From Trichoplax adhaerens (Eukaryota; Animalia; Placozoa), in the NCBI RefSeq assembly GCF_000150275.1, contig NW_002060959.1:1175283-1239282 (forward strand): a DNA stretch of 64,000 nucleotides. The letters run 5' to 3'. Made by a program: the position numbers and the translations under genes. A model generated the notes under the pieces. It did not search any database and had not been told where the DNA came from. It saw only the letters and a program-made list of their open reading frames with translations. Below, piece by piece: positions 28,701-42,970 of this stretch. Within the stretch, counting starts at the first letter, position 1. Each line of letters opens with the position of its first letter.

Positions 28701-30437
28701 ATGGACGCCAATGATAGTAGTGCAACTTTACTGCCAACGACGATAACACATGGCGATAACAACCAACATACGATTAGCGCGGACGATCTGGAAAATGCTA
28801 CGAAAGCTGTCTACATCGCAGTCATAATTCCTATATCCTTGTTCCTCAATTTAACTTTAATTCGTGCTCACTATCGTCTAAAATCAGTGGAAGTATCAGT
28901 ATTTGGACAGTTTACAATAAATCTAATAATGGCTTGCCTTGTACCCACGGTATTACTATTGCCATTTTTATTCGCTGTCCAAATGAACGCCGGTTCATGG
29001 CCCCTTCAGTGGATAGGTTGTAGGTATGCCACATTTATCCTGAACGTAAGTAATCATGCAATCTATATAACGCTGGCGTTCATGCATATGGATCGCTACT
29101 TGATTTATTCATTTCCTGATCAGTACCACCTAAGAATGCCTCGAGATCGTGGAGTATTTCTGTGTATTGTAAGTTGGGTAGTTAGCATAGCTTTTACTAT
29201 ACCTTATGCGTTGACCAATTTCGACTGGGCTCATATTACTCCCTCAAAGAACTTGTCAACAAATGCTACCAATTCATCATTATTTTGCAATCAGACTACT
29301 ACTAAAAGTTGCCATGCCAAGCGCTTAGTGTGTGTCCCTTGGCCTGAAGGTCAAAGTAATTATTTAACATTTGCTATAATTCAAGGACTAATCTTGTACG
29401 GGTTACCTTTGATACTTTTCATTTTCTGTCAAGTTAAAATCGTTCGACATTCTAAAAAGAAATTGAAAAAATCTCAAGGTCGCGGTCATCTCAATTCGTT
29501 TACAATTCGTCGTCCTTCAAGTCGTCCTAAATTAGAGTCGCCAGTAACAGTGGGCAGGTCGTTTCATGTCTTGACTACTATCGAAGGGTCGTATTTCATA
29601 TTCTGCTTACCTTACGTCATTATAAGCTTTATTGGCAATTGGATAGCGCCAATACGCGGTCTTCATTCCATTGATGGCTTTATCATTCTGTTAAATAGCA
29701 CCTTTTACATCATTACACCTTTATGTATTATTGCGCGCGATCGTTTAATGAGACGTAGATTTAAGCGTGTCCATAAATGCTTATTTGAGCACATGCAATA
29801 CAATAAAGCAGTTAAATGGCATCATCATCACAGTCATCATCATCATCATCAGACACAACATCATACTGAAGCGGTTACTTCCGAGACTCCTCTACAAGCA
29901 ATGCCAGCGCCAAGTACGGTATATCCTGAAGTAAACCTTACCCAATTAACATCAGTCAATTTGAACCCAGCAGATGAGACACCTGATATTGCCACTACTG
30001 GAGCGATTATTGTACAAGGCGACGACATTTGTGAGGTTAACCATAGAGATATTCAAGAAACGATTACCGAAAAAAATCTTCCCACAGCTTCAACAAGTAA
30101 ACAAACATCTGGTCGTGGATTTTTTAGTACGATCTCGCCATTAAAAAACTACCTTTCTTTCCGTTCTAATGAACGACGTGCTCATGCCGCAGCAGAAGGT
30201 AACGACACTAACAAAGATGCTACTTATATACCTAAAGGATCAATGTTTTTCCATGGACTTCCACCTCCGAAACTTTTTGGTGGTTCAGTCGGTATTCGAT
30301 TGCAAGTTGACTCTGCTAGCGTAAAGACTGTAGAGCGTTGGAGAACTACACAAAAACAAACTGCTGCCGATGGTGACGATTATAGTATTGCTAGTAGTCA
30401 GCACTCGGAAGCACCTCATTCAGCACAACATGTCTAA
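28701..30437 (+). CDS. Rhodopsin-like (class A) orphan GPCR; intronless CDS, long C-tail with a His-rich run
   Basis: Seven hydrophobic segments, N-terminal N-glycosylation sequons, ECL1 WPL..GC, DRY (MDRYLIY), TM4 W...P, TM5 YGLP, TM6 FCLPY. A 5'-UTR intron acceptor lies near 28597. Confidence 0.92.
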   Translation: MDANDSSATLLPTTITHGDNNQHTISADDLENATKAVYIAVIIPISLFLNLTLIRAHYRLKSVEVSVFGQFTINLIMACLVPTVLLLPFLFAVQMNAGSWPLQWIGCRYATFILNVSNHAIYITLAFMHMDRYLIYSFPDQYHLRMPRDRGVFLCIVSWVVSIAFTIPYALTNFDWAHITPSKNLSTNATNSSLFCNQTTTKSCHAKRLVCVPWPEGQSNYLTFAIIQGLILYGLPLILFIFCQVKIVRHSKKKLKKSQGRGHLNSFTIRRPSSRPKLESPVTVGRSFHVLTTIEGSYFIFCLPYVIISFIGNWIAPIRGLHSIDGFIILLNSTFYIITPLCIIARDRLMRRRFKRVHKCLFEHMQYNKAVKWHHHHSHHHHHQTQHHTEAVTSETPLQAMPAPSTVYPEVNLTQLTSVNLNPADETPDIATTGAIIVQGDDICEVNHRDIQETITEKNLPTASTSKQTSGRGFFSTISPLKNYLSFRSNERRAHAAAEGNDTNKDATYIPKGSMFFHGLPPPKLFGGSVGIRLQVDSASVKTVERWRTTQKQTAADGDDYSIASSQHSEAPHSAQHV

Positions 30438-32794
30438 TCAACTGATACACGGCTGATAATTTAGATTGATATCACCCATTGTGTTATATACCGGCTATTA
30501 GATGTATATTGGCTGTGTTAGGAATATTAGTGATGTTTTCACTATAGAATGCGTATCTATTGATACCGTACTTGTAGTAACATTCGCTTATCCGTATATG
30601 ATACGCCCTGATTATGTACGTAAATAACGACAAACACTGTTCTTAAAGAACGTATAAGGTTATAACTATAATCTACTACCGTTGGTTACTAATTTGTTAC
30701 CTACTATCCAAATTGGCGCAAGTTAGATGCGCTTTCTTCAAATTTTATTAAATGGATTTGTATCAATACTTGTGTATCCGTTCGTATTTAAACTATGCAT
30801 ATATTTGCACCTTTTTACCATGATACTTAAAATTGAACTCTTTGTGTATAATACTACGAATATGATATTACAAGTTTATGTTATGTTATAAAACTTCATA
30901 GCGTTTCCTGATCCTTTTGTTCGTAAATCTTGTACAGTGCTTTAATTCATCATACTAAAGATTGCTCTGTGACAGTGCTCACAGTTATGTTCATGTTATG
31001 AACATATCAGACTGGTATTGGTATTATTGTGTAAGTTAATTATATGAAGTAAAACCTATCTCCGAAATTGGACCTGTACTATCTTCCACAGCATTACATT
31101 TACTCTATATAACCGTACATGTTTACGAATATGAAAAATTTCATCGCTATGTTGGTTCAAGAAGTTAAATAAGAGTCTTGTCAATGTAATATATACTCTT
31201 TTGTCATTTATTTCAGGCATGTCTAGATGCACTATGGCTTCGTATATTTGCCTGATAATGGTTTACTAAAGTTAACGCTTTGATGACAACTAAAATATTT
31301 GCGCTTGCTTTTGAACTACTGTATCATAAAATTGATTGGATAATACTGTATAAGCCTATTGTAATATTAATCATGGTATTTCTATTTGGATTACGATAAT
31401 AATACAGTGTATATCATAGAAGAAATCTATTGTAATACAGTACGCTATATTTTAAGGTTATATAGGCATCCATTATGTCTTTTAATTTACCAATTTACTT
31501 ATATTCCTACTCCGCTTCGCCGCCATTTCGTTCTATATCGAATACTTTATTCTTTGCTGCTGCTGGCAAGGATTCGAAATACGAGCATATTCCAATGATT
31601 GACACATTATGTGTTTTATTTTATAACCATCACATCTTTGAGAATCATTACGATTAAATAAAACTTAAGGTGAAATTTATTCGAAAATTCCGTACGAACC
31701 TTCTGATAAAACAACGGACTCCTGAGATGATCGATTTCTTAAATAATTGTCAAAAATTCGATTTTAGACAACTGTTCACAGTTGCGAAATTAGAAAACTA
31801 AAATAAAGAAATTGCATGATCGTACGCTGGCTTAATGAATACTACATATAACCTTCGAGAAGATTATTTTATTAGCTAAGTATCAAATGATATTCTTTCT
31901 TTAAAGGTAGGTTACTAGGATAACGACCATTACAATGTTTTATAAAAGAATACTTTCATCAGATTACTTGCTAACAAAAACTGCGTAAGTAAATCATACG
32001 TTATCCGTGGCAGACAATGATAGTTGATACAAGTATCAATACAAATGACGGAATATTACAATTGAAAATCTTGAAAATTCTTCAAAACTATGTCATAGCT
32101 TACACTTTCGCTCTTAATAAAAATAGCTATTAACAGGCAGATAAGATTAAATGTTGAAAAACAATATCATCACTTTTCAAAGTAATTTTTCTCTATAAAA
32201 TTGTCCTGACCACATTGTAATGTGATTAATAATATTGACAGTTGACAACATAGGCGTATTAGTTGTGTTAACTTTTACAGTGATACCTAGTATTATAGCT
32301 AACAAAGGTGAAAGAATTTTAGGTAGCAATTTAAATTTTTAGTAACAGGAAATTATGTGGCTTTTTCATATAAATTCTCACAGTTATACGTGGGCAGATT
32401 GACAAATCAGAAATAAAATACTGGTTATAAGTTCATCGAAATTAATTACATATAGGGGCAGATTTAAGCAACTCTCCTACTGGCATTATAAAATATATTA
32501 TATTAATTTAGTACAAATTAAATATAGGAACTTACATCACTATAGCCTGCATAAGAACACGCCAGCATAGAATCTATTCTTTCTTATTATAGAAGATTAT
32601 AGAGTCTTGATTAATTATATACGATTATACGTTATATTAATAATACAATAATGCTATTGCTATTAACAATGTTATTGTTTTATTGCTGTTTTAAAATATT
32701 TTTAAATTATCTAATTTAATTGTTAGGCTAAACAAATGATTGATTTATACAGTTTATCACAAGATTGCTGATACTTTAGAGAGGATCCAATTTA

Positions 32795-35700
32795 TTAACC
32801 ACAATCTTGCTCTTGGACAGGATTAATATCCTCATTCGAGGATGACTCAGCGGTATGCGAAATTGTTGCCCAAGATTTTCTTCGTTGATTGAGTGTATCT
32901 CGATCAGCCTCAGATAGTTTGGACCTAACTTCATCCAATTCTAATTGCAATTTTAGTGAATTAGCCTTTTCCAGACTCAAAGACTTCTTTAACTTTACAT
33001 TTTCCATATATAATTGATTAACTTCTGTACGCTCCTTAGCTTGATGATTTGCCGTTTTTTTCTTACAGTTAGCATCTGATTTCAGTTGCCAACTTGAATG
33101 TAGTGCTTCTAATTTTTTCTCCGTCCGCTCGCGGGATCGTTCGATTATCCCATTACATTTTGACGATCGTAGTGTTTTAAAGTAATGACTCGCCACCTTC
33201 GTTAATGCAGCTTTTAGTTTTTTTAGTTGCTCAGCCGGTATATTGTTAGTACCAAAATGATCCTATTTAATTGTTGTAGGGATCAATTGCAATTAGCAAC
33301 ACAGAATCGTAAACTACCATGAGGCCGTTGATTAAGAATGGGTTACTCGTAGCATGAAGTAAATGTTATAATAAGCAATATCAGCTACTATTTAGTACCT
33401 CCATATATTTTGCGTGTTTTTCATAGTCCATAACAACCGAATCTAATCCATATTCACATAATGTTTTGACAATTCCCTAACGAAATTATTACGAAGATTT
33501 ACTCAAGGTTACCAGCAATAAATTCAAGACGGTAATACTGAATTACTGATAAGACTAGTTATTAAATCGATATTACTAAGTTATTACTACTGTACCTCAT
33601 ATAGTAACTCTGGCGTTGGCAGTTTCCCACTTTGAAATAAATTAGCCATAACCTATCGAAAGAATTTTGCAATCGTTAAACTTATCGACAAATTGAAATT
33701 CATACCCATTAATTGCTAGATTGGTATATTTAACCTTAATATCTCATCGTTAAATGAATAATGAAAACCATTTAAGTCAAATTTTATAGCTACGATGAGA
33801 ATAAAGAGAGTATTTTAATGAATTAATTTTACCTTGATAATATCAGCCAACTGATAACAATTTATTTTTATTCGGAAAAACGATTTTTGAATAAAATTTT
33901 CAGGGGCAAGAAAAGTAGAGCAAAACTCGTCTATAGATATGGCGAACGGGTGATTTTCGTCTGAACGCAGCATAATAAAGTCGAGTATCAGCCGTACAAT
34001 TGGAATATAGAAATCAAATAGCAAAATAGTTCCAATACCTAAGACTTTCACCGCACTGATTGGAGTTAACCGACGACCAGCCGTAGGATGTGGGAAAAGA
34101 TATGACTGAACTTTGCAGTAATGAGAATTGAGAACCGGCATCATAACTTGAGAATTCTATTGAAGATACGTAATGTTAAATTCATAATCTACCTTGTTTA
34201 TCGTTTTCTATATTATTAGATCAAAATTTTAAGCGAAAAGTTTTCGAATTAACTACAGAATTGTCATAGAGTGATTTTTAACTGTTAAGATAAGCAGAAG
34301 CTATCAAGCTATGGTACAGTAGTATTACAAAGTTATCGAAGGTAATAGAACATTTAATAGAATTAATTAATAAATACAAGTATTACTTGATCAAAGTGGT
34401 GCATTTGATAATTTTCTACTTGGCCTAATTCTTTTTTCTTCACTTTTGCGTCTCGAATAATTACAGCAACGTCCTAGTAAGTCAAAACAAATGGTTCTTG
34501 TAAACAACAGTTTCCTCCAATAACTTTACAATAGCGAGATTTAAAAATCTCACTAGCTTACTTGTAATAATTTGGTATGACTTTTATCCGTTGCATAATT
34601 TAGATATTCTTCCAACACCTAGTTATTACAACGATAAGATGGTGATCACATAAAGTTGTCTGTTGTGTAAATATAATGCAAAACTGCTAGAATAGTAGTA
34701 AATTTAATAAGATTAAAACAATCTTGAAATCTTTAAGGGAAAGTTTGTTACTATGACTGCTACATTTCGACAGTAGGATCATTAATCATAAACTGGAATA
34801 TACAAAATTACCTTCAGCATTCTTATTTCATCATCTTGACATTCCGTGCGAAAATTTAAAATCTATAGAAAAAAAGTATAGAACTGAAGACGTGGTAAAG
34901 AACTGTATATGTATACTATTATTTATTGTTCATATTTTGAACGAATCGGCTTACTACAAATTATGACTAATTGTAACTGTGATAATGAAGGTTATTACGA
35001 CTTGAGTCTCTAAGCAAAAATATTGCAACAGGTAATAACCTGTCATCATTAACTAGGCTAAATGACAGTAATCAAATAAATTCAATCTTGAATTAGAACC
35101 TAATCTAAGGTAATCACACAATACCATTATTGTTATTTAAAGACAAATTATTTTTAAATTTAAACTCTTGTAAAGTTATTAGACTAGGCAAAGTAAGTGG
35201 ATATATATGTATCAAAGTTTGGCAGTATTTTATTATAACTGGCCATTTTACGATGCGTACGAGTTACACTAGAGTAAAAAGCGTTTTATCGAACCTGCTT
35301 CGACGATAAAATGGATGTTAGGATATATATGATATTGTCATAGTTAAATTCTCCAGCTATGGAGCCATCTGTATCTAACAAGACAACAGCAACCTATAAT
35401 TTGCAAAAAATTTCATCCAAGAATTAATTAATTTATGAAATCATAACGGGCTTATTGGATGTTTGTTGCTCCTTCTAGATTCTAAGCATAATGACTAGGA
35501 AGATAAGAAATTCAGTATGGTGTGAAAATATGAGTAGAAGTAAAATTTCAATTCCTACTTTAATACTGTATTTTCGTTTAATTGTCTAGTTATATAGTGA
35601 TACAGTATTAACTTGATGCGATAGATTTATAGATTGCAGTCTATAAAATTTTCTATAGATAGCTCATTCTTTTTACCTTTTGACCTTTCGCATTTTGACA

Positions 35701-37575
35701 CAATATGGGCTCTCTTAAAGTATATATACCTTTGGTGTCACTTAAGTCAGAATGATACCAGCCAAATTGGCTCTGTATATTGCGAAAATTGGCGGCAGTT
35801 AACCAGCGAGGCTCAGAGCTGAGAAATTGTAATAATTTACCAATAGTACTGAGCTCTTGCATTTTCTTTACCTATCGAATTTTATGTAACAATGATGTTA
35901 ATAATAACCTTAAGGAATCTTTACGGTTGGAATGAAATCATATATTTGTTTTTATATAAATTAAAAACTACAATAGATGAAAAATATGTACAGCACTGTC
36001 GTGAACAAACACAAAACATCAAGAATAAAGTATCCAATTTTAAGAATAGTCTTATTATTAATTGATTCCCAACTATGTTCCAATACCATCGAATATTTAG
36101 TCTAAATTGATTGAAAGTAAGCGATCAGAAATAAGGTAAGATCTCCATTACTATGTGATAGCGGTGAGATAGAGTATGGCTACACAATGTTATTCTCTTA
36201 TAACTTTTCAGAATGATCACAATAAGTAAAAGTTTCAGTAAAATTGTATCATCTGACTAAACAGAACTCATTAGCAACAGTATAAAAGCGAAATATAAGT
36301 TATTGCCTCTGCTACTAGACTTTAATAGCTATAGTATTACTAAAAGTAATTGTATTATAGCTTTTTAGTATAACTAGGCTATAAAGTTATAATAAATAGT
36401 ACAACGTGGCTCAAAGAACGAAAGATTAGAAATAAATAATTGCTTGCATTATTGGAGTAGAATATCTTTTAAATTGTTCTCACTCTTTTCAATATGACTG
36501 CAGTATTCAAGATTGTAGTTAAATTATGTAACTGAGTAGAGTATAGAATTAGGGAGTTGAGATCCTTCTGGAAGGAATGAAAGATTAATAAAGAAATTTC
36601 TATCTTCATTACTAAACTTCGGTATAATATTCTTTTATCATTCTGTATTTATAATTTACCTTTTCTAATAGATATAATCGTATTACATTCATTAAGAATG
36701 ATTTGCCAGCACGATGTTGGCCAAGTATTCCAATAACCACGACATGGGTATTTTTGAATTCTGGTCTTTTCAAGACATGATCGATATTTTTCTCGTGCAC
36801 CTTAACTTGACCTGTTTTCCGTTCGACCGTTATTAATGGTACGGCTAGATGGAAGTAAAAAGAAATTATATTCTATTCAATAAATCAGCTGCGCTACAAA
36901 TCTATTTTTAATCGTAAAATCTTTTCAACAAAATATTGCTATACATCTATTTTTGCTCATTTATCAGCAATTTGTTTCTCAATGACCTCTTATAAAGTGA
37001 TAAAAGTGCTCAAGGTAATCAAAACTGTATCAACAGGGGCTAATGTTAGTGTTGGTTTGATCAGCAGACGCTGACGTCCTTAGATAGAAAGTAATATCGT
37101 TTTAATAGACCTTTAATTGATTCTATACACGTATATACGTATGCTACAGCTAAAGTCTTCATTCTAGTTATTATACATCATAGCCGGCTAATATGCTTTA
37201 ATATAAGTATAGGAGATTGATTGATTATATTGCGAAAGAGGTGATACGAAGAATGAATGGATCGATGCTCTGATTATTTAATAATCATGTCTTCCTTGAG
37301 CGATATCATCTATTCCGAGATCTTTTGGATAACAGAATGTGCAATTTCATTTATTAAGAAGGCAGCCTAAAAAAGATTATGTGCTCCTAACACTCTGGCA
37401 AACCATCTATATGGAATGAATAGAACATGGTAGGAAAGCTGAAGGGAATTGAAATTGTGGTCAAGTAGAGTTCTAGTATTCGCTTAGCAAAGTATATGTT
37501 CTTTGCTAGTATGTAATGCCACTTCTATAGACGTTTGTTTACAGTCGATACTTTACCATGGTATTGGATGTCCAT
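32795..37575 (-). CDS. Atlastin/guanylate-binding-protein (GB1/RHD3) family large GTPase A; coiled-coil C-terminus, no TM hairpin
   Basis: Spliced start MDIQYH-AVPLITVE. G1 GQHRAGKS, G2 DTKGI, G3 LLDTDG, G4 IIRD, YLFPHP, FLAPENF, GKLPTP. Final exon ends QEQDCG*. Confidence 0.85.
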
Positions 37576-38076
37576 TGATGTTGGACAAACATTTTCTGTA
37601 GGACCGTTTTATTTTAATGGTATGACTAATCGCAAATTTAAGTTTAAAAAATTATCGTTTAATAATTATATATAATCAACTTGCACCATAGCTACATTAT
37701 TATCGGTTATTGGATTAAATTAATGTTTAATATTCATTTCTGCAAGACTGTAATCACTGATTTCATGCCTTTTAAAATCAATGGTGGCTCGAATGAGTAG
37801 CCGTTTGGATGGTAATGAAAAAAGCTCAAGGGAGCTAGAAATGGTATCGCTCGCTGTAAAGTACGGTCAGTTCCTAGTATTCTATATTCGATTATAGGCC
37901 GGCATTTCCCACTGTATTACAGGTAATTTTATATTATTAACTAGACAGCTCAAATCGGGATTGGTCAAGATCAGTATTCAAAAATATAGCTATTTACAGC
38001 ACATAAACAGGCATGGTTTTTGTAGGATACGGTACTAATGGTTGTTTAGATGTAGTTATAGATCTTCTGTTACTAT

Positions 38077-39062
38077 GGAGGACGTTGAACAAGCTCGAGA
38101 TTGATTTTGTTTCGTGTTTTCTTCTTTATATGTATTTTGGTATAGACATAGAAATAATTTTGCTTTCTTCCCCATTAGATAACTATTGCTAATTAAGGGC
38201 ACCTGGAGACAAGGGCACCTGGAGAACGTTGAATAAGCTCGAGATTGATTTTATTTCGTATTTTCTTCTTTATATGCATTTTGGTATAGATGTTATGTTG
38301 ACATAGAAATAATTTTGCTTTCTCCCCCACTAGATAACTATTGTTAATTAAGGGCACCTGGAGACAAGGGTACCTGGAGAACGTTGAATAAGCTCGAGAT
38401 TGATTTTGTTTCGTGTTTTCTTCTTTATATGCATTTTGGTAAATACATGTAACTAATTTTGCATTCTTTCCCACTAGATAACTATTGCTAATTAAGGGTA
38501 CCTGGAGAACGTTGAATAGCTCGAGATTGATTTTATTTCTTCTTTTCTTCTTTATATGCATTTTGGTATAGACATGGAACTAATTTTGCATTCTTTCCCA
38601 CTAGATAACTATTGCTAATTAAGGGTACCTGGAGAACGTTGAATAAGCTCGAGATTGATTTTACTTCGCATTTTCTTCTTTATATGCATTTTGGTATAGA
38701 CATGGAACTAATTTTGCATTCTTTCCCACTAGATAACTATTATTAATTAATAAGGGGTACCTGGAGAACGTTGAATAAGCTCGAGATTGATTTTATTTCG
38801 CGGTTTTCTTCTTTATATGTATTTTAGTATAGACATGGAACTAATTTTACATTCTTTCCCACTGGATAACTATTGCTAATTAATAAGGGTACCTGGAGAA
38901 CGTTGAATAAGCTCGAGATTGATTTTACTTCGTTTTTTCTTCTTCATATGTATTTTGGTATAGACATGGAACTAATTTTGCATTCTTTCCTACTGGATTA
39001 CTATTTCAAATGAAGGGTATATGAAGAATGTTAAATAAGCTGGAGATTGATTTTATTTCGCA
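38077..39062. repeat. Tandem minisatellite, ~8 units of ~127-155 bp
   Basis: Unit ggagaacgttgaataagctcgagattgatttt...actagataactattgctaattaagggtacct starts at ~38077, 38221, 38376, 38503, 38631, 38763, 38895 and 39023. Confidence 0.95.
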
Positions 39063-39699
39063 TTTTCAGCAAGAAGAGAGAGAGTACACTAACATTCTTC
39101 CAGGCCATTGCTTCTATAGGGTCTGTATGGAAATAGCAATTTAATACAGATGATGCAGTAGGGTCGCATGGATTCGATGACGTCATAAAAGAAGGTGACA
39201 GGAAATGAAACCAATAGACTATACTGTACATCGATCGTACTGCAGTCACTGTCATGATGACTGACGCGTTTCTACGCAACGCTAGAAGGGGAGGTTGCAT
39301 GATGGAAAGTTGCGAAATGATTAAGCGACCATAAAATGTCCAAGGTCGGAAGGATTTGATTCTAATCGAATTGAAACTATTTCTGGACTAAATGATCAAT
39401 AATTTTCTTGCGATACACTCCATGTTGCAATAGGAAAGTTATGATGGAGTTGCGGTTGGGTTGACTAGCCCAGACGTATCGGCATTGACTTAGGTAGGTG
39501 CCTCGATTGATGGAGGTGGTCGTTGAGAGTGTAATGATAGTGTACAACACCAATGATCACATGAATTTGGCGAGGGAAGAGAAGAATTTTATTTACAAGA
39601 GAAAGGAGAAATAACGGCATTCGAATGTCTGTCGAGTGCAGAGAGAATGGAAAATGTTCTAGCGATGAAGATATGATAAAAGGATAACTGGAAGAGGTA

Positions 39700-42600
39700 G
39701 AATAGGGGGCCAATACGCGATGAAACAGCGATACGGTGTAGGTTACAGATTGATCAAATCGCAGATACTCTCTTGCATAAAGTAAAAAAGCTCAACAAAG
39801 TTGTTTGAACATGAAGTGTAGTAATCTCCCCATAGCAGAAATACGCTTAATATAGATATCGCGAATTGCTTCAAAGGAGCTATTTACTCTAATCATGCTA
39901 CTTATACCAAGTTTTGTCACAAGCAATTAAATCAGTCCAAACTAAATAGATCATTCGGATTGTGTTACCGTTTGAAGTCCACAGGACGCGGATAATATTA
40001 GCCATTCGGAAGTATTAAAACTAGTCATTTGAAATTGATCTAGGATGTATTTGATTGCTACTTGAGGAGATAGGATGAAAAGAATCTTAATGAAGAAGTC
40101 AAAATAGATGGAAGAAAGTTAAAAATACTTTTTGACAGGATGAACTCATTTTTATTTTATCACGGAGTTAATCTACTCTAGTTGAGAAGACGTCACTCAT
40201 GCTCGGCTAATTTGAGTGTACAAAAAGCAATATGGCTTAAGTTGGCTCAAGATTCTGGTATACTTATGTGCAGTTTCCAACAGTAAGCTATAAATAATTG
40301 GTTGCAAATTGCATTCGAGATGTGCATCTTTGATAGTCCCTTTTTGAAAGCGGGTAGAAAGGACCATTGGCACTTTTTGCTTGTCCCCCGCAAAAGGACT
40401 CCATGAACACAACTACGAAGGATGAAATACTATGCTCCTGTCCAGACATTGAATAATATTGATAAGTTACCGTTAGGACTACGGCGGAATTTTTACCTAA
40501 GAACATACATGTTTGAAATGACAACTTGATCTTACAGTATTTTCTTCGCGTTAAATATAACTAATGGTTCCACCTTGATGCTACTTTCAAGCAATAAGCA
40601 GCATTTCATGAGCAAGGGCGTGCAATGCATATTAATTCAAGATGCACTGCATTGCAATATTGCACAAAATCGACTTCGTTCTTTCAAAACTACAAGAAAC
40701 ACTGGCCTGTACATCAAGCACATACGTATTGTATCTTGTTGTTAGATTTATAAATTTTGCAAAAACAAGCGATTTATAATGATACCTGCGCAGGACCCAT
40801 GCAGGTTAACAGAATAGGGCTAAGTTGGTAAAACAGTTTCTAGAAGATCCCCCATTGTTTGGTATCAATATAGTTGCAATAAGTAAGCAATATAGGCTTG
40901 AGATCTGATGATTGCGGCAAGAGTTGTTTGCATTCGAGAGACATTGAGGAATCATTTTCTTAGAATAGCCTGTCATAGGCATTCGATCGTGATTGCTATT
41001 TTTAAAGTATAGTAATTAAAGCTGCTACGGGCAAGTTGAATTGCTACCTAGACGGAGTCCAAAGGTTTATTTAATAGCAAGTTTTCGCGATGTGATCATA
41101 TTTGATTTAGCTTCATTTAAAACACCGCTGTGTAAACAGACGTTTTAATGATGAGAATAAGGTAGTCTAGAATAATGTATGTTCAGACTAAGTATTTTAC
41201 ACATCATTACCGGTCCTAGAACATTCAATTATCCCATCAAAGAGGGATATCAGACGTAACTCACAGTGTTAGTTGGAGAAAGTTAATCTACTATGATAAA
41301 ATGAACTTGTCTACTACTATGATAAAATTAGTTTTATTAGTAAGCCTACTTTAGAAGAATAAAACGGTAAAAGGACTAAATAAGGCAAAAATTACAACCC
41401 AAATAGACTGTTTAATAGATAATAAAAAGTTAAGCTTTGGCTTTTGTCATTAATGTTTCCGCAACATCAATTCTATAGCTTGGAGATTAATCAAAGTAGG
41501 TAAAAAGGAAGTGCGACTACAAATCCCCCCGATAGATGGAATGAAACAAGGTAAAGTAGCTTTATTCACTGGACGCTAATTCAGCTAGCAGAGTGGACGA
41601 ATTGCCTTACTAGGTAGTGACATCCATCTGACCAAAAGTATGTTAGAGAGAAAATATTGCAACCGTAAAAGGATTTGTGTCATAGGCACACATTAATAGA
41701 ATTATTATCGCTAACTTTATCCTCTACTAGTCAAATCAATGTGAATCATTACGCGATAAAATGATCATTGCCGCCAAAATCATAAAAGAACAGGAGGTAG
41801 TTTGGATGGTTGTAAAATATCGTGATTAATATTTATTATCTTCCATGTAAATCAGAGTTTTTGTCATCATATCCTCTTTTCCTTACTCTATGTATTTTAT
41901 CTCGGCTGAAAGAAGATTGGTAAACTTTCCATCTTGCACTTGGCTGTTTTGTTTATTGTAACGATTGAGTTGAATCATCAGTAACATTTTCCATTTCTCT
42001 ATCATCGCTTGACTAACTCGACCACTTTACAAGCGTGCACTTACAACTTTGTCGAATAAAATAAAGTATACGTTATGTTGATATGCGTCGCTTGAAGAGT
42101 GGGAACCAGCAAAATAATCAACATTATTTCATGAATAGTTTAATCATTGAAATCAATCGGATACACTGGTTTAAAGGAGGATAACGAACAATTGTTTCGT
42201 AGGCGTTAAGGTATTAAAATAGTTATAATTTGATTGAAAAAATCTGCCATAAATGTCCATGTTGGAGTAATTGTCTCTACGTGATAGTAGAAAGTATAAG
42301 GAAAAAATACATCATAACTTAAGATATTGATAGCAACTGGACCCAAATAAAACAGAGCTGCTCATTGCCTCTAGCTTAAGAAGGGGGAAAAAAAATTGAG
42401 ACCCTAGCGTATTTTAAATTGCTGAATGTAATACGCTTCTTAATAAAGATCGCAAAATCAGAAGAATAAAATAGCTTGTTTATTGAAGTGATGAGATCTT
42501 ATTTTTCTAACCTTCCGTTTCTGGTGTTGGCCATATCATACATTTATTAAACCATTCCATAGCTATCTGCCGTTCCCTTTCTTGGCCTGGAGTGAAATTA

Positions 42601-42970
42601 GCTCTACACGCTAGCTTGGTGTTGATTATAAAATTATCACAAGTTAAGAGTTATTTTTCTTCAAAACAATAGTTGGGCTACAATTTCAACTTGGTCTTTG
42701 TTATTTCCTTTTCGTAGAACTGAATGATAGAATTGTTGATCTAAATTGTCGTCATCATCGCGTCTTGTCACACATTTTCAACCATCAATGTAATAGAGAT
42801 TGATGTAATTAAAATGCTAACGCTAACTTTGTATGGACTACTGTTGATATAATTTTAGACAACGGAGGGTGTTGACTATGTGGCCATCATCTTTGTCATG
42901 TTAATGAAGTTGGTTGAGAAGGAAGGCTTGATGCCGAGATGGCATGGCATTAATATTTAGAAAAACAATA
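39700..42970 (-). mobile_element. Highly decayed non-LTR retrotransposon (CR1/L2-like; APE endonuclease + RT) remnant
   Basis: Degenerate motifs in the expected order on minus: LNINA (~42950), IDG...RRD (~42770), TWKIIN (~41835), PTN..SY/RLISL like NYRPISL (~41255), LHGSCAG like PQGS.LG (~40795), KLSFQT (~40520), SWSPF (~40400). Many stops and frameshifts. Boundaries are approximate. Confidence 0.5.

Noticed and set aside
31386-31657. Possible small exon or gene fragment downstream of the GPCR
   Set aside because: Short overlapping ORFs with no start or exon chain I could assemble and no recognisable family.
32795-32809. C-terminal prenylation signal on GTPase A (QDCG*)
   Set aside because: The Cys is penultimate and does not fit CaaX, CC or CXC.
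38077-39062. CRISPR-like array
   Set aside because: Whole units are repeated with no unique spacers, there are no cas genes and the context is eukaryotic. It is a minisatellite.
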